Assembly: GCA_963842525.1 (NCBI GenBank)
Contig: CAWJGT010000003.1
Span: forward strand, 352,001 to 416,000
Direction: 5' to 3'
Origin: an uncultured Holophagales bacterium
Lineage (GTDB): Bacteria; Acidobacteriota; Thermoanaerobaculia; Multivoradales; UBA5704
Length of the DNA stretch: 64,000 bases
In this document: in pieces, positions 35,671 through 50,200 of the stretch
How positions within the stretch are numbered: the first letter of the stretch is position 1
Layout of the letters: each line of letters opens with the position of its first letter
Program-made: the position numbers and the translations under genes
Notes under the pieces: model-generated
Told to the model about the DNA's origin: nothing
Databases searched by the model: none
What the model saw: the letters and a program-made list of their open reading frames with translations, nothing else

Positions 35671-38600
35671 ATGTCGGCGTATTCCTTTATTGACCTCGTT
35701 CGCGTGCGAGCTGCCGACCATCCCTCGAGGTTGGCGTGCATCTACCTCCATAATGGTGAGGACGAGGCGGCAAGGCTCACGTTTGGGGAGATCGATGCTG
35801 GCGCGCGCGCCGTTGCCGCCTCCCTGCAACACTGGGCTCCGGGGGAGACCGGGCAGCAACGGGCCTTGCTGCTGTATCCGCCGGGGCTGGAGTTCCTGAC
35901 CGCCTTCTTCGGCTGTCTCTATGCCGGTGTGGTCGCGGTCCCCTGTCAGCCTCCCGGCCCCGCCAGGGCAGGGCGCGAGCAGCCGCACTCCGCGCGGCTG
36001 CGGTCGATCCTCGCGGATGCCTCGCCCTCCTTCCTCCTGACCACGGCGGCGCTTGCCGGACGCGCGCAGGGCCCCACCGCGGGCCTCGCGGCTCTCGCGC
36101 CGCCCCGGCTGCTGGTGACCGACGAGGCGCTCCCCGCAGGGGCCGACGACTGGCGCGAGACCGCTCCGCCGGGCGAGTCGCTGGCCTTCCTGCAGTACAC
36201 GTCGGGCTCCACCTCCGATCCCAAGGGGGTGATGGTCACGCACGGCAACCTGCTGCACAACCAGGAGATCATCCGCACCGCCTGCGAGCATGACGAGGAG
36301 TCGGGCTTCGTGAGCTGGTTGCCGATCTATCACGACATGGGTCTGATCGGCGCCCTGCTCCAGCCGCTCTATCTCGGGTCCTGGTGCGTCCTCATGTCGC
36401 CGGTCGCGTTTCTGCAGCGGCCGGTGCGCTGGCTGCGGGCTATCTCCCGCTATCGGGCGCACACCAGCGGCGGTCCCGATTTCGCCTACAGCCTGTGCGT
36501 CCAGAAGATCTCTGCCGAGCAGCGTGCGGAGCTCGACCTGACGAGCTGGAAGGTGGCCTTCAACGGCGCCGAGCCGGTGCGCGCTGCGACCCTGAACGCG
36601 TTTGCCGAGGCCTTTGCGCCGTTCGGCTTCCGGCGCACGGCGTTCTTCCCCTGCTATGGGCTGGCGGAGGCGACCCTGATCGTCTCGGGCGAGGTCAAGT
36701 CCGCGGCCCCGTGCATCCGTCCCTTCCGCGAGAGCGGGAGCCAGGGCGCGGCCGAGGCGCTCTCCCTGGTCGGGTGCGGTCCGGTGTGGGGAGGGCAGGA
36801 GGTCGCAATTGTCGATCCCGAGACGCTCGCGGAGCGGGAGGATGGCGAGGTGGGGGAGGTCTGGGTCTCCGGTCCGAGCGTGGCGGCGGGGTACTGGAAC
36901 CGGCCGGATGCGACGGAGAGCACGTTCCGAGCCCGGCTCGCGCGCGCCGGCGAGCAGAGGTTCCTGCGCACCGGCGATCTCGGCTTCCTGGCGGACGGGC
37001 AGCTCTTCGTCACCGGGAGGCTCAAGGACCTGCTCATCGTGCGGGGTCAGAACCACTACCCGCAGGACCTCGAGCTGACGGCCCAGGAGAGCCATCCCGC
37101 CGTGCGCGACGGGATGGGGGCGGCCTTCTCCGTCCAGGCGGAGGGTGGCGAGGGTGTCGTGCTGGTGCAGGAGGCCCATCCCCGCCGTCCGCACGACTGG
37201 TCCGCGGCTCTGGAGGCGGTGCGCCAGGCGGTGTCCGAGGAGCACGGGATCGCCCTGCACGCCGTCCTCCTCGTGAAGCCCGGCGCCGTGCCCAGGACGA
37301 CCAGCGGCAAGGTGCAGCGACAGCTCTGCCGGCGCCGGTTCCTCGAGGGGGGGCTCGAGCCGCTGGCCTCCTGGCGGCCGGCCGCCGCGGCAGCGGAGCC
37401 CGCGCCTCGTGCCGTGCCGTTTGCGAGGACCGTCCCGGAGTTCTCTGCCTGGCTGCAGGGCCTGGTGGCGCGCCGGCTGGGTCGCGCCGCTGAAGAGGTG
37501 GACGCCGCGGCGCCGCTGCTCCGTCACGGCCTCGACTCCCTGGCCTCCGTCGAGCTCCTCCACGAGATCGAGTCGGAGCTGGGCGTCGAGCTGCCGCTCG
37601 CGCTGTTGCTGGAGGGGCCGAGCCTCGATCGCCTGGCCGCGGACCTCCACGGCCGGCTCGGCCAGGAGGCCGTGTGCGCGCCCATTCCCCCTGGTCCGGA
37701 CGGAGAGGAGGGGGAGCATCCTCTCTCCCCCGGGCAGCGGGCCCTCTGGTTCCTGCAGCAGCTCGACCCGGACGATCCGGCGTACCACATCGTCGCCGCC
37801 GTCCGCCTCGACGGCGCGATCGACAGCGGCGCCCTGCACCGCGCCTTTCGGGCGCTGGCCGGCCGCCACGGCGCCCTGCGCACCACGTTCTCCCTCCGCC
37901 AGGGCGAGCCGGTGCAGCGGGTCCATGCCGACGCCGATCCGGGTTTTGCGGAGGTGGACGCCGCGGGCTGGACCGGGGAGGAGCTCGAGACGCGGCTGGT
38001 GGCGGAGGCCTTCCGCCCCTTCGATCTGGAACGGGGGCCGTTGCTGCGGCTCCATCTCTTCCTCGGAGCTTCCCGGGGGGCGGGTGCTTCTGCTCGGGGT
38101 CCATCACCTCGTCGCCGACTTCTGGTCGCTCGCCGTGCTGCTGCGCGAGCTCGGCCCACTGTACGAGGCGGAGCGTAGCGGCGAGCCGGCCCTCCTGCCT
38201 TCTCTCGAGCTGCCGTACGCCGCCTATGCCCGCTGGCAGGCCGCACTCTGGAACGATGGCGGGGGAGACGAGCGGTACTGGCAGTACTGGAGGGATTGGC
38301 ACGCGTGGTGGGAGGACGAGCCTCCCGGGATCGCGCTGCCAGCCGACCGGCCGCGGGCGGCGCAGCCGGATCACCGTTTCGCGACCTGGACGTTCCGCCT
38401 GGAGGCGCCGGAGGCGGACGGGCTGCGGTCGGCCAGCCGTGAGCTGCGGAGCGACCCTCTTCCATACGCTGCTCGCCACCTTCCAGGCGCTTCTCCACGG
38501 CCTCTGCGGCCAGCGGCGGCTCCTGGTCGGCTCGCCCGCGGCGGGGAGGAGCCGGAGCGGGCTGGCCGGACTGGTGGGCTACTTCGTCAACCCGCTTCCC

Positions 38601-41600
38601 CTGCGCTCGGAGGCGTCGGGGGACCCGCCGTTCGCCGCCTTCCTCGAGCGGTCGCGCCGCACGGTCCTGGAGGCCTTCGAGCACGAGGTCCCGTTCCCCT
38701 TGCTGGTCGAGCGCCTCCAGCCGGAGCGGGAGACGGGACGGTCGCCGCTGCTCCGGGCCGTGTTCGCGCTCCACAGATCGCCGTTCCCCGGCCAGGAGGC
38801 GCTCGCGGCCTTCGCCCTGGGCGAGCCGGGGGGACGGCTCGATCTCGGCGGCGGCCTGGTCCTCGAATCGATGCCGCTCGCCGCGCAGCCGGGCCAGTTC
38901 GATCTGACGCTCCTCGCGGCGGAGCTGGGGGACGAGATTCGGCTGTCACTCCTCTTCGACGCGGCTCTCTTCGACCGCACGACGGTCGGCCGCATGGCCG
39001 CGTGCTTCCACACCCTGGCCGGCGCCGTCGCCGCCGATCCGGAGCGGCGCCTCTCGGAGCTGCCGCTTCTTGACGAGGCGGAGCGTCGGCAGGTGCTCGG
39101 CGAATGGAACGACACGGCCCGGCGTGCAGCGGGCGCGGGCCGCATCCACGAGCGGATCGCGGCCCGGGCGGCGGACGATCCGGACGCGCCGGCGGTGGTC
39201 TGCGGCTCTCGGGTGATGACCCGGTCGGAGCTCGTGCGGCGCGCCGGCCTGCTGGCCGCGCACCTGAGGTCGATGGGCGTCGGCCCGGAAAAGGTCGTGG
39301 CGGTGCTCAGCGAGCGGCGCCCGGAGATGGTCGCCGGCCTGCTGGGGGTGTTGGCGGCGGGAGGCGCCTATCTGCCGATCGATCCCGCCCTGCCGCGGGA
39401 CCGCGTGGCCTGGCTGCTCCAGGACTCGCGAGCGGGAGTGCTGCTGGCGAGCACCGGGGCGAGGTCAGGGCTCGGCCCGCTCGGCGTGCCGACGGTCCTG
39501 CTGGATGCGCCGGCCGGGGAGGAGGGAGGGGCGGGAGAGGCTCCGGATAGCGGTGTCACCGGGGAGAGCCTCGCCTATGTGATCTACACCTCGGGATCGA
39601 CCGGCCTCCCCAAGGGCGTCGGGGTCTCCCACGCCGCGCTCGAAAACCTGATCGACTGGCATCTGGAGGCGTTCGGCCTCGCCGGTACGGATGCCGTGAG
39701 CCACGTCGCCAACCTCTCCTTCGACGCCGCGGTGTGGGAGGTCTGGCCCGCGCTCGCCGCGGGGGCGAGCGTGCACCTGCCGGACGAGGAGGCCCGCAGC
39801 TCTCCCGAGGCGCTGCGCGACTGGCTGGCGGCAGAACGCATCCGCGTCGCGTTCGTGCCGACGGCGATGGCCGAACGGCTGCTCGCCCTCGACCCGCCGC
39901 CGGGAGCCCCTCTGCGCCTCCTGCTCACCGGCGGCGACCGCCTCCGCGCCCGCCCCTCCGGCCTGCCGTTCGCGCTGCACAACAACTACGGCCCGACCGA
40001 GAACACGGTGGTGGCGACCTCGGGACCGGTCGCTGCGGCCGGCGGGGGCGGCGCGGGCGGAGAGGACGCGGGGACGCCGCCGAGCCTGGGCCGCCCGATC
40101 GCCAACGTCCGCACCTATCTGCTGGACGGCGCGCTCCGGCCTCTGCCCACGGGGTGCGCGGGCGAGCTGTACCTGGCGGGCGCCAGCCTGGCGCGCGGCT
40201 ATCTGGGGCGGCCCGGCCAGACGGCCGAGCGCTTCCTGCCCGACCCCTTCGGCGCGCCGGGCGGGCGCCTCTATCGCACCGGCGATCGGGCGCGCTGGCT
40301 GCCGGGAGGCGAGCTCGACTTCCTCGGGCGCGCCGACGATCAGGTGAAGGTGCGCGGGTTCCGTATCGAGCCGGCGGAGGTCGAGTCGGCCCTGGCGCGC
40401 CATCCCGGCGTCCACGAGGGCGTAGTGCTGGCGCTGGACGATCCCCGGCGGGGGCCGGGCCTCGTCGCCTTCGTGGCCGGGCCGGCGGTGCCGGCGGTGC
40501 GCGAGCTGCGCGCCTTCCTGAGCGGGATGCTCCCGTCCTACATGATCCCTGCCGCCTTCGTGGCGCTGGCATCGCTGCCGCTGACCGCCAATGGCAAGGT
40601 CGACCGACGGGCCCTCGCCGCGCAGGCGGCGATGCGACCGGAGACAGCGGGCCAGGAGGCGCCGCGCGGACCGGTCGAGGAGGTGATCGCCGGGCTCTTT
40701 GCGGAGGCCCTGGGACTGGACAGCGTGGGGAGCGAAGACGATTTCTTCGCGCTCGGCGGCCATTCGCTGCTCGCCTCCCGCCTGGTCTCCCAGGCGCGCG
40801 AGATCTTCCAAGCCGACCTGACGCTGCGGCGGTTCTTCGCGGCGCCGACGGTCGCCGGGCTCGCCGCCGCGGTCGATGAAGTCCTGGACGGGGCCGAGCG
40901 CCTCGCATCGTCTCTGGAGCCGGCGCCGCGCGGACCGGCACCGCCGCTCTCCTCGGCGCAGCGAAGGCTCTGGCTGCTCGGCCGGATTTGGCCGGGGAGC
41001 CCCACCTATAACATCCCTGCCGTCCTCCATTGCGCCGGCCGTCTGGAGACGGGCGCCCTGGCGGCGGCTCTCGACGGACTGCGGAGCCGCCATGAGGCGC
41101 TGCGCACCACCTTCCCCGAGGAGGCCGGCGGGCCCATCCAGCGCATCTCGCCGGCCGCCGCCCTGCCGCTGCCGCTCGTCGACCTCGCCGCGCTCGGCCC
41201 CTCCCGCGGCCCGGCCGAGGCGGAACGGCTGGCCGCCGCCGAGGCGCGCCGCCCGTTCGACCTCGCCGCCGGACCCCTGCTGCGCGCTCTGCTCCTGCGG
41301 CTCGGTGCCGGAGAGTATGGCGAGCACCGGCTGGCGCTGACGGTGCACCACATCGTGGCCGACGGCTGGTCGATGGGGGTCCTGCTGCGCGATCTGGCGG
41401 CCCTCTATGAGGCGGCCGTGACGGGCCGGCCCGCGCCGCTCCCGGCCCTCCCTGTCCAGCCTGCCGACGTCGCCTGGCTGGAGCGGGCCCGGCTGGCGGA
41501 CGAGCGCTTCGCTGCACGCGATCGCCTGGTGGGAGAGGCAGCTCGCGGGTGCGCCGGTGCTCCAGGTCCCCGCCGACCGGCCCCGCCCGGCCGTGCGCAG

Positions 41601-44223
41601 CCTGCAGGGGAGGACCTCGGTCCTGAACCTTCCGTCCGATCTCGTCGCGGCCGTCGCGGCGCTCGCCCGCCGGGAGCGTGCGACGCCCTTCGTGATCCTC
41701 CTCGCGGCGTTCCAGGCTTTGCTCTTCCGCACGACCGGCGAGGAGGACCTCGCGCTCGGCTCGGCCGTGGCGCAACGCGGGCGCGCCGAGCTCGAGCCCC
41801 TGGTCGGCCTGTTCCTGGAGACCGTGGTGCTGCGCACCGCCGTGGCCGGCGACCTGACCTTCCGCGAGCTGCTGGGCCGGGCGCGCCGTTGTGTCCTCGA
41901 CGCGTTCCACTATGCCGACGTCCCTTTCGAAAAGGTCGTCGATCGCCTGCGGCCTGAGCGCGGCCTCGGCCACAACCCGCTTTTCGAGGTCAGCTTCGCT
42001 GTGGAGCCGGATGTGCCGGACCGCCTGGACCTGCCGGGGCTGGTCCTCACGGCGCGGGGGAGCGAGACCGGGACGGCGAAGTTCGAGCTCGGCCTTTTCA
42101 TCCGCGAGTCGGCGGGACGGCTCACCGCCGCGCTGGAGCACAGCTCCGACCTCTTCGATGCGCCGACCGCTCTGCGGAAGCTGCGCCACTTCGTCCGCCT
42201 GCTCGCCGGTGCGGTCGCGGCGCCGGACGCGCGGCTCTCGGCCTTGCCGCTGCTCGACGAGGCCGAGCGCTTCCAGCTCCTGGCCGAATGGAACGACGTG
42301 CCGGGGGAGGCCTCGTCCGCCGGCTCCTGCCTGCACGAGGTGTTCGCGGCGCAGGCGGCGCGCACGCCCGACGCGCTGGCCGTGGTCGGCGGGACGGCAA
42401 GCCTGAGCTACGGTGAGCTCGCCGTGCGGTCCCGCGGGCTGGCGCGCTGCCTCCTCGCCCATGGCGCCGGCCCCGGAGCGCGCGTGGGCCTCTGGGCGGA
42501 GCGCTCCGTCGGGACGATCGTGGGCATCCTGGCGGCGCTGGAGGCAGGTGCGGCCTACGTCCCTCTCGACCCGGCCCATCCGACCGAGCGCCTCGCGCAC
42601 ATGGTCCGGGACAGCGGCCTGGCGGTGCTGCTGGCCCCGGAGGGCGCGGCGGAGGGGCTGCCCGATCTCGGGCTGGAGAGGATCTCCTTCCGCGGCTCCC
42701 CCGCCGCAGCCGGAGCCGCCCCTCCCATCCCCCGCGTCTGCCCGCAAAGCCCGGCCTACGTGCTCTATACGTCGGGCTCGACCGGCCGGCCGAAAGGGGT
42801 CTGCTGCCAGCACGCGGCGGTGGCCAGCCTGTTGCGCGACATGGAGCTCCGGCAGCCGCTGCGGCCGGGGGTCGCGTGCTCGCTGTTCACGAGCCTCTCC
42901 TTCGACGTCTCGGTCTACGAAATCTTTTCGGCCCTCCTCGCCGGCGGCCGGCTGGAGATTGTGCCGGATGCCGTGCGCGCCAGCGGCCATGCGGTCGCCG
43001 GCTGGCTGGCGGAACGCGCCGTCGAGAGCGCCTTCGTCCCGCCCACGCTGCTAGGCGACCTGGCGCGCGGGCTCGAGAACACTCCGGTCCCGTTGCGCCG
43101 CCTGCTCGTCGGCGTCGAGCCGATCCACGAGCCGCTGCTGGCCACCCTCGCCGATCACGTCCCGGAGCTGCGTATCTTCAACGGATACGGACCCACCGAG
43201 GCCACGATCTATGTCACCCTACACGAGGTCGGCAGCCGCCCGGTCCGCGACCGTCCGGCTCCCGTCGGCCGGCCGGTGCGCGGCAATCGGGTCTATCTGC
43301 TGGACCGCGGCCTGGAGCCGGTTCCAGTCGGTGTGCCGGGGAAGCTCTATGCGGCCGGCGCGGGCCTCGCCCAGGGCTACCTCGGGAAGCCGGAGCTGAC
43401 CGCCGAGCGGTTCCTCCCCGATCCCTTCCACGCCGCGGAAGGGGAGCGGATGTACCGCACTGGAGACCTGGCGCGCCGCCTGCCGGAGGGGGACGTCGAG
43501 ATCCTGGGCCGTCTCGACTTCCAAATCAAGATCCGCGGCGTGCGGGTCGAGCTCGGCGAGATCGAAGCGGCGTTGCACACGCACCCGGCGGTCGCGGAGG
43601 CCGTGGTCGCGACCCACGAGGCCGCGGCGGGCGGTCGCCGCCTGGCCGCCTACCTGGTTCCCGCGGCCGGGGCCGCGGACCGCGATCTCACCGCGGGCGA
43701 GCTGCGGCGATACCTGGCCGAGCGCCTGCCGGAGGCGATGGTCCCCGCCGCCTTCGTGACGCTGGCCGCCCTGCCGCTCACCCGCAACGGCAAGGTCGAC
43801 CGGCGCGCCCTGCCCGCTCCGGGCGCGGAGCGGCCGCACCTGGAGAGCGCCTACGTGGCGCCGCGGACGCCGGGCGAGCGGGCGATCGGCGCGGTCTGGC
43901 AGGCGGTGCTCGGACAGGAGCGCATCGGCATCCACGACAACTTCTTCGACCTGGGCGGCAACTCGCTGTTGCTCGTAGACATCGAGGGGCGCCTGCGGGA
44001 GGCGCTCGGCCGCGAGGTTCCCATCGCCGAGATCTTTCGCAACCCCACCATCCACGGCCTGGCGCGGGCGCTGGCGATCCAGGAGCGCGAGCCGGCCGGG
44101 ACGGTGGAGGCCGCGCCGCCGCGCACCGCCGAGGCCCGGGCCGACGGGAGCGCCGTCGACCGCCAGCGGCAGTTCCTGGAAGACATGAAGCGGCGGCGCG
44201 CGCAGCGGCGCGCCGGACGCTGA
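35671..44223 (+). CDS. NRPS: FAAL-ACP-C-A(Leu)-T-C-A(?)-T, with three apparent +1 frameshifts (~38061, ~38447, ~41510)
   Basis: LQYTSGST/WLPIYHDMGLIG FAAL; GLDSL ACP; HHLVADFWS and HHIVADGWS C domains; GGHSL and GGNSL PCPs. Confidence 0.9.
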
Positions 44224-44247
44224 GTTGGAGAACGGACGAAGAAGGCA

Positions 44248-47200
44248 GTGCAGGAAGATCCAGAGAGCGCGGTCGAAGGGATCGCCGTCGTCGGCCTCGC
44301 GGGGCGCTTCCCGGGCGCGGACGATCCGGCCGAGCTGTGGCGCAACCTGTGCGGCGGCGTCGAGTCGATCACCTTCTACGCGCGCGAGGAGCTGGAGGCG
44401 GCGGGCGTCGATCCGGCGCTGCTCGACGATCCCCGCTACGTGCGGGCGAGCGGCGTCCTGCGCGACGTGCGGGGCTTCGACGCGGCCTTCTTCGGCTTCA
44501 GCCCGCGCGAGGCGGAGCTGATGGATCCGCAGATCCGCCTGTTCCTGGAGTGCTGCTGGGAAGCCTTGGAGGACGCGGGCTACGACACCGAGAGCTATGA
44601 CGGCAGCATCGGCGTCTTCGCCGGCATGGGGATGACCTCCTACCTGCTCCAGAACCTCCTCTCCCACCGCGACCGGATCGACGCCGCGGGGCCGCTCCAG
44701 GTCCGCATCCTGAACGACAGCAGCTTCCTGACGTCGCTGGCCGCCTTCAAGCTGGACCTGCGGGGGCCGAGCATCACGGTGCAGACCGCCTGCTCGAGCT
44801 CGCTGGTGGCGACCTGCCTCGCCAGCCAGAGCCTGCTGCATTTCCAGTGCGACGTGGCCCTGGCCGGCGGGGTCACCGTGGTCGTGCCGCATGCCGTGGG
44901 CTATCTGCCGCAGGAGAGCGTGATGTCGCCGGACGGCCACTGCCGCGCCTTCGACGCCGAGGCCCGCGGCACCGTGGAGGGGAGCGGCGCCGGCGTGGTG
45001 GTCCTGAAGCGGCTCTCCAACGCCCTGGCCGACGGCGACACCATCCACGCCGTCCTGCGCGGCTTTGCGACCAACAACGACGGCGCCGCCAGGGCGAGCT
45101 TCTCGGCGCCGAGCCTGGCCGGCCAGGCCGAGACCATCGCCATGGCGCAGGCGGTGGCCGGGCTCCCGGTCGAATCGATCACCTATGTCGAGGCGCACGG
45201 CACCGGCACGCCGCTCGGCGATCCGGTCGAGGTAGCCGCCCTCGCGGAGGTCTTCGCGGCCGCCACCGACCGCCGGGGCTTTTGCGCCCTGGGCTCGATC
45301 AAGACCAACATCGGCCATCTCGACACCGCTGCCGGGGTTGCGGGTCTGATCAAGACCGTCCTGGCGGTGGAGCACGGGGTGTTGCCTCCCAGCCTGCACT
45401 TCCGGACGCCCAACCCGCGCATCGACTTCGCCCGCAGCGCCTTCTACGTCAACACCGAGTGCCGGGAGTGGCGCCCGCAGGGCTGGCCGCGGCGCGCCGG
45501 GGTCAGCTCGTTCGGGATGGGCGGCGTCAACGCCCACGTCATCCTGGAGGAGCCGCCCGCATCGGAGCCCGGCGACCCGGCCCCGTCGAGCCAGCTTCTG
45601 GTGCTGTCGGCCCGCACGGAGACGGCGCTGGAGGTGGTCACCGAGCGCCTGCTCGGCCGCCTGCGGGAGCCCCTGCAGGCGATGAACATCGCGAACATCG
45701 CGGACATCGCATACACCCTGCAGGTGGGGCGTCGCGCCTTCCGCCATCGCCGCACCCTCGTCTGCCGCGACCGTGAGGAGGCGATCGCCATCCTGGAGTC
45801 GCGCGATCCGCGCCGGTTGCTCGGCGGCCGGGCCTCCGCCGACGCGCCGCAGGTCGCCTTCCTGTTCCCGGGCCTGGGCAATCAGTACGCCGGCATGGCG
45901 CGCGACCTCTACCGCGAAGACGCCGGGTTTCGCGAGCGGATCGACGACAGCGCGTCGCGCCTCCTGCCGCTCCTGGGCCTCGATCTGCGGCAGGAGCTGT
46001 ACCCGGAGGGAGACGAGGAGGAAAGGACGGCTCCCGGGATCGACCTGCGCGGCCTGCTCGGCCGGTCCGGGGATACGGAGGCAGCGGGGCGGCTGCGGCG
46101 GACCGCTCTCTCCCAGCCCGCGGTCTTCGTCGTCGAGCACGCGCTGGCCTGCCGTCTCATGGACTGGGGGATCGTGCCCCAGGCGATGCTCGGCTTCAGC
46201 CTCGGCGAGTACGTCGCGGCCTGCCTCGCAGGTGTACTGTCGCTCGATGACGCCCTGCGCCTGGTCGCCGGGAGGGCGCGGCTGATCGACGAGCTGCCGC
46301 CCGGGGCGATGCTGGCCGTGCCCGCCGGCCCGGAGGGCATCGCGCCCTGGCTCGCCGGCGGGCTCTCGCTCGCCGCGGTCGCCGGGCCGGCGCTCTCGGT
46401 GCTCGCGGGTCCTGAGGCGGCGATCGCCGCATTGGAAGGACAACTGGCCGCCGCGGGGCAGGTCTGCCGCCGCCTCCAGACCTCCCACGCCTTCCATTCG
46501 ACCCTGATGCAGCCGATCGCCGGCCGCTTCCGCGACCTCTTCGCGTTCGCAAACATCGAGCTCAAGCCGCCGCAGATCCCCTACCTCTCCAACGTCACCG
46601 GAACCTGGATCACGGACGAGCAGGCGACCGACCCCGGCTATTGGGTGGAGCACCTGCTTGGCACGGTGCGCTTCGCGGACGCCGTCGACGAGCTGTGGCG
46701 CGAGCCCGGCCGCACCCTGCTGGAGGTTGGCCCGGGACAGACCCTGGGCTCCTGGGCGCTCCAGCACCCGGCCGCCGCCGCAGTGACCGATCCGGTGGCG
46801 CTGCCGACCCTGCGGCACGCCTTCGAGCGCCAGGACGATTTTGCCTTCCTCCTCCAGACCCTGGGACGGCTGTGGCTCACCGGCGTGCGCGTCGACTGGC
46901 CGGCGCTGTGGGCAGGGCAGAGGCGGCGCCGCGTACCGCTGCCGACCTATCCGTTCGAGCGCCAGCCCTACTGGATCGCGCCGCGCGACGGAAGGATCGC
47001 GCCGGCTCTCGCACCCCAGGCACCCCAGGCACCCCTGGAACCCCTGACAGTCACTGCGCCGCGTCCGGACGAGCGCGGCGGTCCGGCCGTCCGGCCGCCG
47101 GCCGCACAGCGCTCCGGCAGCTATCCCCGGCCGAGCCTCCACGTGCCGTACGCGCCGCCGCGCTCGGAGACGGAGCGGCGGCTGGTGGAGGCCCTGGGCG

Positions 47201-50200
47201 AGGTCCTCCGCGTCGAGCCGGTGGGCCTGCACGACAGCTTTTTCGACCTTGGCGGCGACTCCCTCCTGGCTTCGACCCTGGTGGCCCGCCTGGGGCGGGC
47301 CTTCGGCGTCGAGCTGACGTTGCGCACCGTCTTCGAGGCGCCGACCGCCGCGGAGCTGGCCGCGGCGATCACGGCGCGCCGGGACGGAGGAGAAGCGCCG
47401 ATCCTCCCGGTGCCGCGCACCGGCGAGGCGCCGCTCTCCTTCGCCCAGCAGCGGCTCTGGTTCCTCGCCCAGCTCGAGCCGGAGAGCGCGGCCTACAACG
47501 TCCCTCTCGCCGTGCGGCTGGACGGTGCTCTGGACCGGGCCGCCTTCGCCGCCGCCCTCGGCGGCCTCGTGGAGCGTCACGAGGTGCTGCGCACGACGTT
47601 CCCGGCCGTGGCGGGCGAGCCGGTGCAGAGGATCGCCCCGAGGTCGACCAGCGGTGGCCCCCTGGAGCCGCCGCTGGTCGACCTCGGGGCGCTGCCGGCG
47701 CCCGAGGCGGAGGCCCGCCGGCTGTCCGTGGAGGAAGCGCTGCGCCCGTTCGACGTGGCGTGCGGGCCGCTCCTGCGCACCACGCTGCTGCGGCTGGGAG
47801 CGGACGCCCACATCGTGCTGTTCTCCAGGCACCACATCATCTCCGACGGGTGGTCGAGCGGCGTGCTGGTCCGCGAGCTGGCGGCCCTCTATGCGGCCGC
47901 CCGCGAGGGGCGTCCCTCGCCCCTGCCGCCCCTGCCTGTGCAGTACGCCGACTTCGCGGTCTGGCAGCGGCAGTGGATGGCCGGCGAAGCCCTGGAGCCT
48001 CTGCTCGCCTTCTGGCGGCAGCGGCTGGCCGGCGCGCCGGCCGTCCTGGAGCTGCCGGCGGACCGTCCGCGGCCGGCGGTCGCCACCGGCCGGGGCGGCC
48101 TGCGCACGGGGCGTATCCCGGGCGGGCTCGCCGAGGCTCTCGCGGCGCTCGGCCGGCGCCAGGGGCTCACCCTGTTCATGACCCTGCTCGCCGTCTGGGA
48201 CGCCCTGCTCTACCGGCTGACCGGCCAGACGGACCTGGTCGTCGGAATACCGATCGCCAACCGTACCCGGGTGGAGATCCAGGGGCTGATCGGCTTCTTC
48301 ACCAACACCCTGGCTCTGCGCACGCGGCTGTCGCCCGGCGCGGGATTCCTGGAGCTGGCCCCGGGGGTGCGCGAGGAGGCGCTGGAGGCGTTCGCCCACC
48401 AGGACCTGCCGTTCGAGCGGCTGGTCGAGGAGCTCGCTCCGCAGCGGAGCCTGGCGCACACCCCCCTGTTCCAGGTGATGTTCGCATTGCAGAACCTGCC
48501 CTTCGGGGGGCTTGCCATGCCGGGCCTCTCGCTGACTCTCCTGGCGCCGGAGCAGGGGACCAGCAAGTTCGACCTCAGCCTGTTCCTGGTCGAGGAGGAC
48601 GGCGGCCTGTTCGCGACCCTCGAATTCGCCTCCGACCTCTTCGACGCGACGACCGCGGAGAGGATCCTGGAGCGCTTCCGGGCTTTACTGGAGGAGGTGG
48701 AGGCCGCTCCGGAGCGGAGCCTGGACGATCTGTCCCTGCTGCTGCCGGCCGAGCGGCATCAGATCCTCGCCGAATGGAACGACGTCCCCGCCTGGGACGG
48801 CTCCCCGTGTGTCCACCGCCTGGTCGAGGCGCAGGCGCGGCGGACGCCGGACGCCACCGCCGTTCTGGCGGCGGACGGGACGGAGCTCTCCTACCGGGAG
48901 CTCGACCGGCTGGCCGACCGGCTGGCGCGCCGGTTGCGGGAGCTGGGTGTGCGGCCGGACGACCGCGTCGGCGTCTGCCTGGAGCGGAGCTGGGAGGGGG
49001 TGGCGGCGCTGCTCGCCGTGCTCAAGGCCGGGGGCTGCTACCTGCCGCTCGATCCGGCCTATCCCGAGGAGCGACTGGCCTTCATGCGTGCCGACGCCGC
49101 GGCGCGGGTGATCGTTACGCGCGAGTCCCTCGATGGAGCGTGGCCGGATGGGGAGAGCGGAGGAGATCTTCCCGTGGTCGGCCCCGACCACCTGTGCTAC
49201 GTCATCTACACCTCCGGCTCGACCGGCCGGCCCAAAGGGGTCGCCCTGCCGCACCGCACGCTGGCGAACCTGATCGCCTGGCAGATCGGCGCCTCGGCCG
49301 TGCCGGCCGGCCGGACCCTGCAGTTCGCCTCGCCGAGCTTCGACGTGTCGGTCCAGGAGGTCTTCGCCACCTGGGCCGCGGGGGGCACGCTGGTCCTGGT
49401 GCCCGAAGAGGTGCGCAGCGACGCCGAGGCCCTGCTGCGCCGGCTGCGCGAGGCCCGCGTCGAGCGCCTGTTCCTGCCGTTCGTGGCGCTCCAGCAGCTC
49501 GCCGAGGCTGCCGCCGGCGATAGTGGCGAGCTGCCCCTGCGGGAGGTCGTCGCGGCCGGCGAGCAGCTCCAGATCACCCCCGAGGTGAGGGCGCTCTTCG
49601 CGCGCCTGCCCGGCTGCGTGCTGCGCAACCAGTACGGCCCCTCCGAGACCCACGTGGTCACCGAGGCCTCGCTGTGGAACGACCGGCCTGGCGCGGTGGC
49701 AGCGTGGCCGGCCCTGCCGGCGATCGGACGGCCGATCGCCGCCACCGCGGTGCGGCTCCTCGACCCGCGCGACGAGCCGGTGCCGATCGGCGTCCCGGGA
49801 GAGGTCTGCCTCGGCGGTGCCGGTGTCGCGCGCGGCTACCTGGGCCGCCCCGACCTGACGGCCGAGCGGTTCGTCCCCGATCCATGGCAACGTGGCGGCC
49901 GGCTCTACCGGACGGGGGACCTGGGGCGCTTCCGGCCGGATGGCGAGGTCGAGCTCCTGGGCCGGATCGATTACCAGGTGAAGATCCGCGGCTACCGCGT
50001 GGAGCTCGGGGAGATCGAGGCCGCGCTCGCAGCGCACCCGGCCGTGCGAGAGGCCGTGGTGGTGGCCCGCGGCGACGGCGCCGGGAAGCGCCTGGTGGCC
50101 TGCATCGTGGCGGACGCCGGGGTGCAGGCCCTGCGCGACCCGCTGCGGGAGCATCTGCGGCAGCGTCTGCCGGACTACATGGTGCCGGCGGCCTTCGTGG

